Shown piece after piece: positions 26,093 through 35,839 of a DNA stretch of 64,000 nt. Source of the DNA: an uncultured Dehalococcoidia bacterium (GTDB taxonomy: Bacteria; Chloroflexota; Dehalococcoidia; DSTF01; JACRBR01); the NCBI GenBank assembly GCA_964599885.1, contig CAZRHH010000008.1:22599-86598 (forward strand). The letters are read 5' to 3'. Every line of letters starts with the position of its first letter. Position 1 is the first letter of the stretch. The position numbers were made by a program, and so were the translations under genes. The notes under the pieces are model-generated. The model had not been told where the DNA came from, did not search any database, and was given only the letters and a program-made list of their open reading frames with translations.

Positions 26093-27715
26093 TCACTCGG
26101 CGTCAGCGCGCGGTCGCACGCAGAAGAGGTCGCGGATCCAACTCGTGCCCGTCTGGTCGAGCACGTTGCCGTCCGCATCGAGCGCCTCGACGATGACCAT
26201 CGCTTCCGCGCCGGTGCCGTTGATCGCGACATACCACGCGTCGTCCGGTGGCAGCGCGGGCAGCTCGACGAAGTACGCATGCACGTCCGCGGCAAACGTC
26301 TCGTCGAGCGTGATCTCGATCATCTGCTCGGCGAGCGGCGGCGCAGCACAGGGATCGGGCGCGTGCTCCCGAATTGCCATGAGCGTCGCCTTCAGCCGAT
26401 ATGCGCTCGCGCCCTCATGGCGGCTCCAACGAAACTCGTGTTCGTCGGGGAAGTGCCAGAAGCGCAGGCGCTCGTGCACGGGCGCGACAACGTCGAGCAG
26501 CTCGTAACCACCACGCTCTCCCGGTCGCGTCACGAGTTCGATGTAGTAGTCGGGTACGCGACCAACGCTGATCACGATCGTGCCGTCGAGTTCACGACGC
26601 GGGCGGTAGAAGCACCAATCCGTCAGTGCCGGTTCGGCGCCGATAATGCTCGGCCGCGTCGCGCACTCTCCCGCCAGTTCGCCGCCCTGCGTCACCACCC
26701 ACGCCCGCGCCGCGTCATACAGCGCCGGATCAGCGCCGTATGCCAAGAATTCGATGATCCAGCCGGGGCAGTCATCGAGCGAATCACCAGGATGGAGGAC
26801 GAGCGTGTTACTGCGGATTGCTGAGCGCTCACCGGAAAAGTAGCTCACCAGCACACGGGAGGTGCGTTCGTCAGCGGTACGAGCGAACGCGGCCTGGTGC
26901 GAGATCCCGACGGGTGGAAGCTCCGCACACACCCGTATCTCGTCGTCGCCGTGAACGGTGCCGAGCTCCTCCCACGATGGCGCGGACGCTTCGGCCACCG
27001 CCTCCGCGAAGTCGAGAAGATCCTCTTCCGTGAGATTGAAGGCGTGGACGATGGTCGCGCCGAAATCCTCCGGGAACAGCACCATCGAACGCTGCCCAGG
27101 CGCACCCTCGACCGCCGGCGCGATGACGACGGCTTGCCGCGCGCCGATGGTGCGCGCCGTCACGTCGCTCGCGAGAGCGTCGAACGTCTCGGCGCGGGCA
27201 ACAGTGCGGGCGAGCGTCACCATGGCGGGCGTGCCGTCATCGTTCAGCTTCTGATACTCGAAATTGAGGCCGGCTGTGCGGCCGCCGCACGCGACGACCT
27301 CGGGACGCCCGGTCGACTCCAGATTGCCCGCCGGTTCAAAGCCCGGCGGCAGGTCGAGCGGTCGCATGAAGTCCAGTTCGCTTTGGCCGGTTGGCGCGTT
27401 CACACAGCCGCCCGCGATCGTCCGCTCGTGCTGGTCGCGCACCGCCTGCGGCCAATCGTCGATCGACGGTGCGACGTACAGCCCGAGGATCTCGCCATTG
27501 AAGCGTTCCGCGCCGGACTGCGCCGTTTGCGTGGCGGCGGCGTCTTTGAGGCGTTCGTCCAAGGGCGCTGTGGGCGTCGATGTGGCGCCCGTGGATTCCG
27601 GTGTTACCCCGTCGGCTGGCTGCGGTTCACCGCAAGCGTAAAAGGCAGCCGAGCACAGGAGCGCCAGGACGGCTGCGCTGACACCTCGCACGGTTGTCGT
27701 ATGTCGCTTCAACAT
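26093..27715 (-). CDS. Large hypothetical lipoprotein
   Basis: ORF 26093..27748. Start set at ATG 27715 (MLKRHTTTVRGVSAAVLALLCSAAFYACGE, signal plus lipobox-like Cys). About 540 aa, with no domain I recognise. Confidence 0.65.
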   Translation of the reverse strand: MLKRHTTTVRGVSAAVLALLCSAAFYACGEPQPADGVTPESTGATSTPTAPLDERLKDAAATQTAQSGAERFNGEILGLYVAPSIDDWPQAVRDQHERTIAGGCVNAPTGQSELDFMRPLDLPPGFEPAGNLESTGRPEVVACGGRTAGLNFEYQKLNDDGTPAMVTLARTVARAETFDALASDVTARTIGARQAVVIAPAVEGAPGQRSMVLFPEDFGATIVHAFNLTEEDLLDFAEAVAEASAPSWEELGTVHGDDEIRVCAELPPVGISHQAAFARTADERTSRVLVSYFSGERSAIRSNTLVLHPGDSLDDCPGWIIEFLAYGADPALYDAARAWVVTQGGELAGECATRPSIIGAEPALTDWCFYRPRRELDGTIVISVGRVPDYYIELVTRPGERGGYELLDVVAPVHERLRFWHFPDEHEFRWSRHEGASAYRLKATLMAIREHAPDPCAAPPLAEQMIEITLDETFAADVHAYFVELPALPPDDAWYVAINGTGAEAMVIVEALDADGNVLDQTGTSWIRDLFCVRPRADAE

Positions 27716-27866
27716 CGCGTTCGCATCGTACCCGCCCTCGATGAGCACATCCTTACGGCAGGTCTACGCCTCGCCCACGTGTATCCTACGACCGAGCGTA
27801 CGTCCGGACGTGCGTGCGGGCTGTGCGGGCGAACCAACCTTCCTACTTCCATCGGGAGGCACCTCC

Positions 27867-28658
27867 ATGCCGGACATCGAATACTCCATCGCCGGAACGA
27901 CCGCCACCATGCGGTTCAACCGGCCGGAGGCGCGGAACGCGATCACGTACGAGATGCTGCGCGATATCGAGCGGATCGTGGGCGACGTGCGCGCAGATAG
28001 CGCTGTGCGGGCGCTGATCGTGACCGGCACGGGCGCGGCGTTCTGCGCCGGCACCGATCTGAAGCAGTTATCGTCGCAGCCGCCGCCGGCCGGGCGCTCC
28101 GAATCGCTGGGGCGGGCGTATCCGGCCGATGCGGGGGCACCGTGGACGTTTCCGTCGATCAACAAGCCGGTGATCGCTGCCGTCAACGGGCCGGCGGTCG
28201 GACTCGGCGCGGAGTTCACGTTGCAGTGCGATCTGCGGATCTCCGCGGAGTCGGCACGGTTCGGCTGGGTGTTCGTGCATCGAGGACTTGTGCCGGACAC
28301 CGCTGCCGGTTCGTGGCTGCTGTCGCGGATCGTCGGGCTGCAACAGGCGGCGTATCTGCTGTTCTCCGGCGAGATCATCGACGCGGCGCGCGCGCTCGAG
28401 ATCGGCTATGTGCTGGAGGTGGTGCCGGACGACCGGCTGATGGATCGCGCGCACGAGATCGCGGACGCCGTGTCGCGCGGCGGTCCCGGCGCGACGGCGG
28501 AAGTGAAGCGGCTGCTCTACAAGGGCCTGACGCGCGAGCCGATGGAGCATCTCGTCGACAGCACGGAGACGATCACGCGCCTGTTTGCCAGCGACGACTT
28601 CAAGGAGGGCGTGCGCGCGTTTCTCGAGAAGCGGCCGCCGGAGTGGACAGGCAACTAA
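27867..28658 (+). CDS. Enoyl-CoA hydratase/isomerase family protein
   Basis: ORF 27741..28658. Start at ATG 27867 (MPDIEYSIAGTTATMRFNRPEARNA), 7 nt after GGGAGG. GTGAAFCAGTDL motif. Confidence 0.9.
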   Translation: MPDIEYSIAGTTATMRFNRPEARNAITYEMLRDIERIVGDVRADSAVRALIVTGTGAAFCAGTDLKQLSSQPPPAGRSESLGRAYPADAGAPWTFPSINKPVIAAVNGPAVGLGAEFTLQCDLRISAESARFGWVFVHRGLVPDTAAGSWLLSRIVGLQQAAYLLFSGEIIDAARALEIGYVLEVVPDDRLMDRAHEIADAVSRGGPGATAEVKRLLYKGLTREPMEHLVDSTETITRLFASDDFKEGVRAFLEKRPPEWTGN

Positions 28659-28690
28659 CCCGGCGACCCACGCGGTGGGAAAGCGATCGG

Positions 28691-29275
28691 CTACGCGCGC
28701 TCCAGCCGCCCCAGCACAACGCGCCCGCGCGGCGATAGCCGGTAGCCGACTTCGAGGCTCTCCGTCAGCCCGAGCTCCTTCAGCTTGCGCACGTCGATCT
28801 TGAACCTGGGCGTGTCGCGGCCGATGCTCGCCGCGAGATCGGCAGCGCGCACGGCGGGGCGGTCGCGGATGAGCAGCAATGTGGTTAGCGTCCACGCGCC
28901 GACCGGGCTGCTCGCATCCATGCGGACGAGGCGGCGCTGTACGGCGTCGATGTCGTCGGCGGTGAGTGCACGCTGCTCGCGGAGCGCCGTGCGTGGGTCC
29001 GCGCCGGCGACGTGAAAGTCGATCCGGTACAGGGCGCCTTCGCTGATTCGCGCGAGTTCCGCGAGCAATTCTTCGCGCGAGTCGTAGCCCGCAGTAAGAG
29101 AATCGGCGTCGGTGATCTGCGTCTCGTCGACGATGAGCACGTCGTCGATGGCGAGCACGTCGCCGCGGAAGCGCTGGCGGCCGCCGGGCTTCGCGGCGCG
29201 CTTGCGCCATCGCCGGAACGCGACCGTGATGCTGCCGTCGGCGATGCCCTCCCAGAACCGGTTGGTGAACAGCAC
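28691..29275 (-). CDS. Hypothetical protein, ASCH/PUA-like N-terminal region + winged-helix-like C-terminal region
   Basis: 194 aa with a GTG start. FWEGIADGSITVAFRRWRK resembles ASCH-type domains. The C-terminal segment DLAASIGRDTPRFKIDVRKLKELGLTE looks like a wHTH. Assignment is by eye only. Confidence 0.5.
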   Translation of the reverse strand: MLFTNRFWEGIADGSITVAFRRWRKRAAKPGGRQRFRGDVLAIDDVLIVDETQITDADSLTAGYDSREELLAELARISEGALYRIDFHVAGADPRTALREQRALTADDIDAVQRRLVRMDASSPVGAWTLTTLLLIRDRPAVRAADLAASIGRDTPRFKIDVRKLKELGLTESLEVGYRLSPRGRVVLGRLERA

Positions 29276-29371
29276 CGGCGCCTCCGTCCCGGCGGCACAG
29301 CACGCTGTGCCGCTACCGCTGCGTGCCGGTGCATTGCTTCAGGCGGTGCTTCGTGCATTTGAAGGAGAGGT

Positions 29372-29447
29372 TGGAGCGGGGGATGGGGCTCGAACCCACA
29401 ACATCCAGCTTGGAAGGCTAGCGCTCTGCCAATTGAGCTACCCCCGC
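29372..29447 (-). tRNA. tRNA-Gly (anticodon UCC), CCA encoded
   Basis: Minus strand reads GCGGGGGTAGCTCAATTGGCAGAGCGCTAGCCTTCCAAGCTGGATGTTGTGGGTTCGAGCCCCATCCCCCGCTCCA. It has a 7-bp acceptor stem, a D arm GCTC/GAGC, anticodon stem CTAGC/GCTGG with loop CTTCCAA, and a T arm GTGGG-TTCGAGC-CCCAT. TATACT lies 12 nt upstream (29465..29460). Confidence 0.95.
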
Positions 29448-29526
29448 TCGACTATTAGCAGTATAGCGAAGCGTTTTCCAACCGCGGTTCTCGTCGCGTG
29501 GATCGCGGTGTGAGGGACGCATCGGC

Positions 29527-30201
29527 TTACTCGTCGGCCGTTGGTTCGGGCTGCGGTTGCAGTGCGTCGCGGATGGCGTCTTCGAGGCGGAGCCAGGTGC
29601 CGGCCGCCCAGCCGCTGAAGCCTTCGCCGGCGATCCGCCACCACGTGATCGTCTCAGCATCGACCGGGCCCTCCTGCACGATCGCGCGCGTGCCGTCCGG
29701 CACGCAGATCGAGCGCGCGCCCTGTTGCGTCGGTTGGTCGCGAATGCTGAGGCAGTCGCCCTCGCCGAGGCCGATGACGACGACGGCGTCGCCCGTTTGC
29801 AGCGGCCACGGGATGCCCGGAATGTTGCCGGCGCTCGGATCGCGATTCGTCACCGAGAGTACCGTCCAGCCCTCAGGGCCCTCTTCGACGAGCGCGAGCG
29901 CGGTCGAATCAGAGAACGTCGGGCCGAGCGCGTACGCACGCCGTGTGCCGCGCTCGCCGACCTGCTCGGCGCACAGCTTGCCGGTATCGACGCCGCGCTC
30001 GGCATCGGCGCAGTCGGCGATGAAGGCGACGTTGCGGTTTTCGGTGACCCACACGGCGAGCGCGTCTTCGGGTCCCGGCAGTTCGGGTGTCGGCGTGGCA
30101 TCGGGGGTATCATCGCCGCCGCCGCACGCCGCGACGAGCAGCACGCCAACGCACACAAGGGCAATCCCGAATGCGCCGGCGCGATGGCGTGTTCCGTGCA
30201 T
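29527..30201 (-). CDS. Hypothetical lipoprotein with C-terminal SH3-like domain
   Basis: 224 aa. Signal plus lipobox LLVAACGGG. The C-terminal segment GDCLSIRDQPT..GTRAIVQEGPV..WWRIAGEGFSGWAAGTWL resembles a bacterial SH3 domain. Confidence 0.65.
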   Translation of the reverse strand: MHGTRHRAGAFGIALVCVGVLLVAACGGGDDTPDATPTPELPGPEDALAVWVTENRNVAFIADCADAERGVDTGKLCAEQVGERGTRRAYALGPTFSDSTALALVEEGPEGWTVLSVTNRDPSAGNIPGIPWPLQTGDAVVVIGLGEGDCLSIRDQPTQQGARSICVPDGTRAIVQEGPVDAETITWWRIAGEGFSGWAAGTWLRLEDAIRDALQPQPEPTADE

Positions 30202-30224
30202 CGATCCTCCTGCGCGGCGCTGAG

Positions 30225-31037
30225 CTATCGAGCCGCGCCCGCGTAGCGCGTCATGAAGTCGTCATGGACGCGACGGCCGCCGGCAGCGAACGCGCGGCTC
30301 GTGACGCGTATCGGACCGCCGTTCCGGTCTGATACAGCGCCGCCCGCTTCACGCACGAGCAGGATACCAGCGGCGATGTCCCACGGCGCAACGTTGAGGT
30401 GCGTGAACAAGTCAAGCCGCCCGGCGGCGGCGTACGCGAACGCCAGCGCGGCGCTGCCCATGATGCGGATCGTCTGCACGTCTGGAAAGATGTCGTTCAT
30501 GAGCGCGATCTGCGCCGTACCGAGCGCGTCGTCGTAGCCAAGATCGATGCCAAGCACGGACGACGCGACGTCGGGCGCATCCGACGCGGTGATGCGCGTT
30601 TCGTTCATGTACGCGCCCTCGCCGGCGACGGCCCAGAAGCGCTCATCGTGTACGGCGTCGTACGTCACCCCGACGAGCGGCTCGCCGTCGAAGCACAGCG
30701 CGACGTTCACGCACCATACGGGGATGCCCATCGCGTAATTCTTCGTGCCGTCGATCGGATCGATCACCCACGTCCAGCCTGTGGACGCATCCGTGTTCGC
30801 CGATGTCTCTTCGGACAAAATCTTGTGTGCAGGGTACTCACCGGCGAGGATCGACTTCAGCAGCAGTTCTACCGCAACGTCCGTCTCGGTGACGACGTTG
30901 CCGCGGCCCTTCACGTCGATGTCGTGCGCGGTGCGGAAGCGCGAGAGAGCGAGCGCGCCGCCCTCGCGCGCGCACCGCCAGGCAACATCGATCGCGGCGG
31001 CGCCGGACGCGGCGAGCGGCAGCGGCGTTTCAATCAC
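30225..31037 (-). CDS. Inositol monophosphatase family protein
   Basis: 270 aa with a GTG start. SEETS, WVIDPIDGTKNY and the C-terminal WDIAAG motif. Confidence 0.9.
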   Translation of the reverse strand: MIETPLPLAASGAAAIDVAWRCAREGGALALSRFRTAHDIDVKGRGNVVTETDVAVELLLKSILAGEYPAHKILSEETSANTDASTGWTWVIDPIDGTKNYAMGIPVWCVNVALCFDGEPLVGVTYDAVHDERFWAVAGEGAYMNETRITASDAPDVASSVLGIDLGYDDALGTAQIALMNDIFPDVQTIRIMGSAALAFAYAAAGRLDLFTHLNVAPWDIAAGILLVREAGGAVSDRNGGPIRVTSRAFAAGGRRVHDDFMTRYAGAAR

Positions 31038-31059
31038 GCCGACAGCCTACCGGACGAGC

Positions 31060-31101
31060 GGGAAGCGCCAAGCGGGATGCGGGAAGCGACGCCCGGGAGA
31101 C
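31060..31101 (+). repeat. Tandem heptanucleotide array GGGAAGC GCCAAGC GGGATGC GGGAAGC GACGCCC GGGAGAC
   Basis: Six 7-nt units between the IMPase-family start (31037) and the hydrolase stop (31122). It has four GGG tracts. Confidence 0.6.
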
Positions 31102-31121
31102 GTGCCGCGGAACGCAATGGT

Positions 31122-31811
31122 TCAGTTGACACCGGCCACTGGCCCGCCGGTCACGGACGGCAACCACGACACGAGCAGTTCTTCAAGTTCCGTCGCACAC
31201 TGAGCGAGCGAGTGATCGGCATCGGCGTACAGCACAATGCGCTTCGGCTCGACAGCGCGCGCGTGGATGTCTTCGCTCGCGGCGTAGTCGAGCACGCCAT
31301 CGCGCATGCCGTGGACGAGCAGTAGCGGCTTCGCGAGCTGTTCGACGGAGCGCGTGCCATAGAGCTGCGAGGACAGCGCGGCCACGCCGGACACGCTCGC
31401 CCCCAGTTCGCCCGCCTTGATGACGACGGCACCCCCGAACGAGTGTCCGACGAGGGCAACATCGCCCGCGCCGACGCCACGGAGAAACGACACGCCCGCC
31501 AGCACGTCGAGCACGCATTCCTGGAACTCGCCCGGGTGCCGGTAGTGGATGCGGAGTCCGGTCAGCAGCGGCTTGAGCCGGTCGGCCAGTCTTCCGTACA
31601 AATCGTTCGCCGGCCCCTCAAACCCGCCCATCGCGCCGCCGACATAGATAACAGCGCCGGGTGCGCTGGCGCACGGGTGGAGGATGCCGCGGATCTCGCC
31701 GCGCGACGTCTCGAGCATCAACCGCAGATTGCCGTCGGGCTCCGGGTGAGCCGCCACCTGCCGGATTGCAAGCTCCAGATCGCCACCGGCCGGATCCTCG
31801 GCGTCATTCAC
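31122..31811 (-). CDS. Alpha/beta hydrolase (dienelactone-hydrolase-like)
   Basis: 229 aa. Nucleophile elbow GHSFGG, then HGMRD and ADHSL, consistent with a Ser-Asp-His triad. Confidence 0.8.
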   Translation of the reverse strand: MNDAEDPAGGDLELAIRQVAAHPEPDGNLRLMLETSRGEIRGILHPCASAPGAVIYVGGAMGGFEGPANDLYGRLADRLKPLLTGLRIHYRHPGEFQECVLDVLAGVSFLRGVGAGDVALVGHSFGGAVVIKAGELGASVSGVAALSSQLYGTRSVEQLAKPLLLVHGMRDGVLDYAASEDIHARAVEPKRIVLYADADHSLAQCATELEELLVSWLPSVTGGPVAGVN

Positions 31812-31971
31812 GGGAGATCAACCTTAACGTCTGCTAACGGGGCGTTAACCATCGCAAAAGTCACGCCGACTATATGGATAGCAAGGGTTCTGATCCTGCT
31901 GAAACGGGTACCATGACGCACACACCTTCCCAGCCACTATCGTCTCCGGCGTCTCGCCATGGAGCTGCATC

Positions 31972-33030
31972 TTGATCCGACGACTACCTCTGCTGCCTGC
32001 AGGGTATCGCCAACTGTTGTCGTGCCGCCCGTACCGCCTGTACTTCGCATCGAGTACGCTCGGCGCTTTCGCCTCGGCTGTGCAGTTTCTCGCGCAGGGC
32101 TGGCTGATCGTCGCGCTGGCGCCGGGAGCGACGGCGTTGATCGCGTATCTCGTCGTGCGGCTCGGCGTGAAGGCGCTGCTTGCCGTCCCGGCGGGACTGA
32201 TCGCCGACCGCGTGCCACGCTCGCAGATCTACGCGTGGATGCGCGTCCTGGCGGGAGTCAGCTCACTGGTCGCCGTAGGGGCACTCTTCTCACCGTATCC
32301 GGTCGTCGTGGCGCTCGTCGCGACGGCGATCGCCGCTGCGGCGCACGCGTTCGACCTGCCGGCGCACCGCGCGCTACAGGGCGAGGTGCAGCCGCCGGAG
32401 CAGCTCGAGCGTGGGCTCTCGTTCGGGAGCGGCGGCTTCCATATCGCATCGCTGCTGGCGCCGATCATCGCGTTCCCGCTGGCGAGCTGGGCGGGCGCGG
32501 GCGCGCCACTCATGCTGTCGGCGCTGGTATTCTTCGCCGCCGCGGCGCCGGCCTTCGCGATCACGCCCACCAAGCTCATTCGGTTGCCAGCACGAGCGCA
32601 CCAGGACGTGTCCTCCGCGCTGCGCTACCTCGCCGGAACGCCCGCCGTGATCGCCCTGCTCCTCGCGACGACGTTGCCGTCGCTCGTCGACAAGGCGGTC
32701 GTCATCGCGCTGCCGTCGGCATCGTCGGCGGGCGATCACTCTGCATTCGGCCTCGTGCTTGCAGCGCCGGAACTCGGCGCGATCACGATCGGCTTCGTCA
32801 TGGCAGCGCTCAACTGGCGGTTCGCGCCGTGGATCCCGATCGTCAGCGCCGGTGGCTACGCTGCTGGCGTCACGGCCGCGTCGTTCGCGGGCCTCGCGGT
32901 GGGTATCGAGATGATCGCGATCGCTCTGTTCCTCGCGGGCTGTGCCAAGACGACGCTGATCACGAGTTCGTTCGCCGGTATCCAGCGGCTCGTGCCGGCC
33001 GAAATGCGCGGCCGGATCATGACCATCTGA
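31972..33030 (+). CDS. MFS transporter (MFS_3/EntS-like), apparently lacking the last two TM helices
   Basis: 352 aa with a TTG start. I count about 10 TM segments. It ends right after the VPAEMRGRIMTI loop, which in this family normally precedes TM11-12. The stop lies 12 nt from the convergent gene. Confidence 0.7.
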   Translation: MIRRLPLLPAGYRQLLSCRPYRLYFASSTLGAFASAVQFLAQGWLIVALAPGATALIAYLVVRLGVKALLAVPAGLIADRVPRSQIYAWMRVLAGVSSLVAVGALFSPYPVVVALVATAIAAAAHAFDLPAHRALQGEVQPPEQLERGLSFGSGGFHIASLLAPIIAFPLASWAGAGAPLMLSALVFFAAAAPAFAITPTKLIRLPARAHQDVSSALRYLAGTPAVIALLLATTLPSLVDKAVVIALPSASSAGDHSAFGLVLAAPELGAITIGFVMAALNWRFAPWIPIVSAGGYAAGVTAASFAGLAVGIEMIAIALFLAGCAKTTLITSSFAGIQRLVPAEMRGRIMTI

Positions 33031-33042
33031 GTTGTGCCCTCG

Positions 33043-34476
33043 TCAACGGAAGCGTGAGTAGACGCGCCGCACCGTCTGCAGAAACGGTTTCTTGAGCTGA
33101 CTGTACGTGGCTTCCGCAGCGACCTGCGAGAAGCTCGTCGACAGCGTTGGGTACACCTGCACCATGTTGCCGAAGTCGGGTGTCAAGCGCGCTCCGCTCT
33201 CCATCGCCATCGTGAACTGTCCGAGCAGATCGCCCGCGTGCGGCGCGAGGATGTGCGCGCCCAGGATCTTGAACTTTGCATCGGTGACGACGACGATCTC
33301 GCCGTCGGTCGCCTGCTCGGCGCGGGCTCGATCGTTGTGCGACAGCAGCCAGCGGTAGACCCGCACGTTCGACTTCCCAAGCGCGGTTCCCGCTTCGTCC
33401 GACGTCATGCCGACGTGCGCTAGTTCGGGCTCGGTGAACGTCGCCCACGGAATGACGCTCGGCGCGTCCTTCGTGCCCGGGAAGAACATGTTGCGCAGCG
33501 CGACGACCGCTTCGGCGGCGGCGCTGTGCGTGAACAGGAAGCGCCCCGCAACGTCGCCGCACGCGTACACCGATTCGACGCTCGTCCTCATCTTCGAATC
33601 TACGACGACGCCGCGTGGGCTCGTACGAACGCCCGCCTCCTCGAGCCCGAGGCCTTCGATGTTGGGCGTGCGCCCCGCCGCCACGAAGATCTCCTCCGCC
33701 GTCCAGGACGCCTGCTGCCCACGGACAGTGCCGGTGAGCGTCTTGCCGCCGGCACCGGCGCTGGCCGATTCGAGTTCGACATCAAGCTCGATGCGGATCC
33801 CCTCGGCGCGCAACAACTCGAGCAGTTTCGCAGCAAGCTCACGCTCGTCGCGTTCGAGGATGCCCGCGGCGCGCTGCAGAACCGTCACCTGCACGCCGAG
33901 CCGGTGGTGCGCCTGCGCCATTTCGACGGCGATCGGCCCGCCCCCGACGATCAGCAGCGAACTCGGAGCCCGTTCCTGCTCGAACAGCGTCTCGCTCGTC
34001 AGATAGCCGGCGTCCTCGAGACCAGCAATCGGCGGCACGGCCGCGCGCGAACCCGTCGCGAGCAGGATGAACTCGGATGTGACGCGCCGATCGCCTACCG
34101 CGATCGTGTGACCGTCGATCAGCTGCGCGTCGCCGTAGATCATTTCGACGCCGGCATCGACGTACTTCTTCGGGTTGTCGTCGGTCTCGGCGATCTCGTG
34201 CTGGATGCGGCGGAGCCGATCGAAGACCGGCGCGGTGTCGATTTCGGGCGCCGCGGACGGGAGCCCAAATTCGGCCGCGGTGCGCATGGTGTGCGCGGCC
34301 TTCGCGCTGGCGATGAGCGCCTTGCTGGGCACGCAGCCGGTCCAGAGACAATCGCCGCCGACCCGAGCACGCTCGATCATCGCGCACTTCACGCCCATCT
34401 TCGGTGCGGTTTCTCCGGCCGTCATGCCCGCGCTGCCGACGCCGATCACCACGAGGTCAAACTGGTACGCGCTCAC
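33043..34476 (-). CDS. Class I pyridine nucleotide-disulfide oxidoreductase (dihydrolipoyl dehydrogenase / mercuric-reductase-like, no NmerA domain)
   Basis: 477 aa. FAD motif VIGVGSAGM, redox disulfide GGDCLWTGCVPSK, NAD motif VGGGPIAVE, and a C-terminal dimerisation domain. The ATG overlaps the degV stop (ATGA). Confidence 0.88.
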   Translation of the reverse strand: MSAYQFDLVVIGVGSAGMTAGETAPKMGVKCAMIERARVGGDCLWTGCVPSKALIASAKAAHTMRTAAEFGLPSAAPEIDTAPVFDRLRRIQHEIAETDDNPKKYVDAGVEMIYGDAQLIDGHTIAVGDRRVTSEFILLATGSRAAVPPIAGLEDAGYLTSETLFEQERAPSSLLIVGGGPIAVEMAQAHHRLGVQVTVLQRAAGILERDERELAAKLLELLRAEGIRIELDVELESASAGAGGKTLTGTVRGQQASWTAEEIFVAAGRTPNIEGLGLEEAGVRTSPRGVVVDSKMRTSVESVYACGDVAGRFLFTHSAAAEAVVALRNMFFPGTKDAPSVIPWATFTEPELAHVGMTSDEAGTALGKSNVRVYRWLLSHNDRARAEQATDGEIVVVTDAKFKILGAHILAPHAGDLLGQFTMAMESGARLTPDFGNMVQVYPTLSTSFSQVAAEATYSQLKKPFLQTVRRVYSRFR

Positions 34477-35330
34477 GCCAGCGGCCTCGCGATGAACACC
34501 GCGCCGGCGTTGCCGGGACCGAGATGCGCGCCCATGCTCGGCCCGACGACGTACTCGATCACATCGTCGACATGCACGAAGGTGCGGACGCGGTCGCGGA
34601 GCGCCTCGGCGATCTCGGGTGCGGCGCCGTTGCCGATGCCAATGCGGAGCGATTGAGCGTGCTGCTCCGCGACCCTGGCGGCGGCCTCCACATGCGCGGC
34701 CATCATCTGTACCGCCTCGTGCAGCGTCGTTGCCGACCCGGCAACCTTGATGCCATCCGGCTGCAAGACGAGTACGGGCACACCGGCCGGCGGCTCCTCG
34801 CCCTCATCGCGCAGCCGTCCCCCGCGCCGCACAAGATCGAGCGCCTTGACGACGAACGTGTTGCCTACGGCGCTGCCTGCTCGCCGCGCCAGCTCTGCCA
34901 CCTCCCCCGCTCCCGCGCCGGCGTCGAGCGCATCGAGCGCCTCCAGCACGCACAATCCTTCCGCGAACGACGCCTGGCCGGTGTCCACGAGCGTCACTGG
35001 CACGGGCGACGACTTCGCTGCGAGTTCGGCGGAACCGAGCGTGCCGGAAATGCCGGCGCCGATATGGATCGAAAGGATCGCCGTCGCACCGGCGCTGGCC
35101 GCTTCGCGATAGCACTCGAGCAGGCGCCCGGGCGATGGCTGCGACGTCGCTATCTGCTGCACCGATGGCAGGCGCGCGTACAGTTCGTCGGCCGTGATGT
35201 CGACGCCGTCCGCGTACTCCGCGCCGTCCAGCACGATGCTGAGCGGCGCGACGAGTACATTGCGCCCGGCGATCAGCGCTGGCGGCAGCATGGCAGCTGA
35301 ATCGGTCACGATAGCGATGCGCTCGGTCAT
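34473..35330 (-). CDS. DegV family fatty-acid-binding protein (FakB-like)
   Basis: ORF 34473..35606. Start set at ATG 35330 (MTERIAIVTDSAAMLP), which overlaps the upstream stop (ATGA). The upstream 92 aa are Arg/Gly-rich junk. Confidence 0.88.
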   Translation of the reverse strand: MTERIAIVTDSAAMLPPALIAGRNVLVAPLSIVLDGAEYADGVDITADELYARLPSVQQIATSQPSPGRLLECYREAASAGATAILSIHIGAGISGTLGSAELAAKSSPVPVTLVDTGQASFAEGLCVLEALDALDAGAGAGEVAELARRAGSAVGNTFVVKALDLVRRGGRLRDEGEEPPAGVPVLVLQPDGIKVAGSATTLHEAVQMMAAHVEAAARVAEQHAQSLRIGIGNGAAPEIAEALRDRVRTFVHVDDVIEYVVGPSMGAHLGPGNAGAVFIARPLA

Positions 35331-35839
35331 TGCACCGGCTCCGTGTATGCCGGCGCCGTCGCTGCACCGGCGCCGATGGCCGCCGTCGCCTCTTCCATTG
35401 TCATCACGATATACGTGGCCTTTGCGGCGACGCAGAGTTTGCCGTCGGGATTGCGCAGCTCGGCTCGCGCAACGAGCGCGCGATCCTCGAACGACTCCAC
35501 CCATGCTTCGATGGGATGCGACTCGCCGATCATCACCGGCCGGATGAAGTCGACCTCCGCCTTTCGCGTGATGCCAAAGCGCTCCTTGAGCGAGATGATC
35601 GACCACGCCATCGCGTCGTCGAGGACGGCCATGCTTGCGCCGCCGTGTGTGTAGTTGGGCGCGCCGGAGTGGCCAGGCACAGGCGTGAACTCGCCCACGA
35701 TGCGCATCTTTTCGTCGTCGAGGAAGAAGCGCAGTCCCAGCCCGGCGGCGTTATCCGGATCGCAGACGAAGCAGAGCGACGCGAAGCCGAACGTATTTGT
35801 GAGCGGCTTACGAGGCAACGGCGCACCCCATCGTGTCAT
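35327..35839 (-). CDS. PaaI/hotdog-fold thioesterase family protein
   Basis: 170 aa. The segment HGGASMAVLDDAMAW is typical of PaaI-type thioesterases. It overlaps the plsY 3' end by 32 nt. Confidence 0.75.
   Translation of the reverse strand: MTRWGAPLPRKPLTNTFGFASLCFVCDPDNAAGLGLRFFLDDEKMRIVGEFTPVPGHSGAPNYTHGGASMAVLDDAMAWSIISLKERFGITRKAEVDFIRPVMIGESHPIEAWVESFEDRALVARAELRNPDGKLCVAAKATYIVMTMEEATAAIGAGAATAPAYTEPVQ

Noticed and set aside
29276-29526. Integrated element at tRNA-Gly (att repeat, integrase).
   Set aside because: No second copy of the tRNA 3' half was seen by eye in the flanking 5 kb. There is no integrase or excisionase ORF and no GC discontinuity at the tRNA borders.
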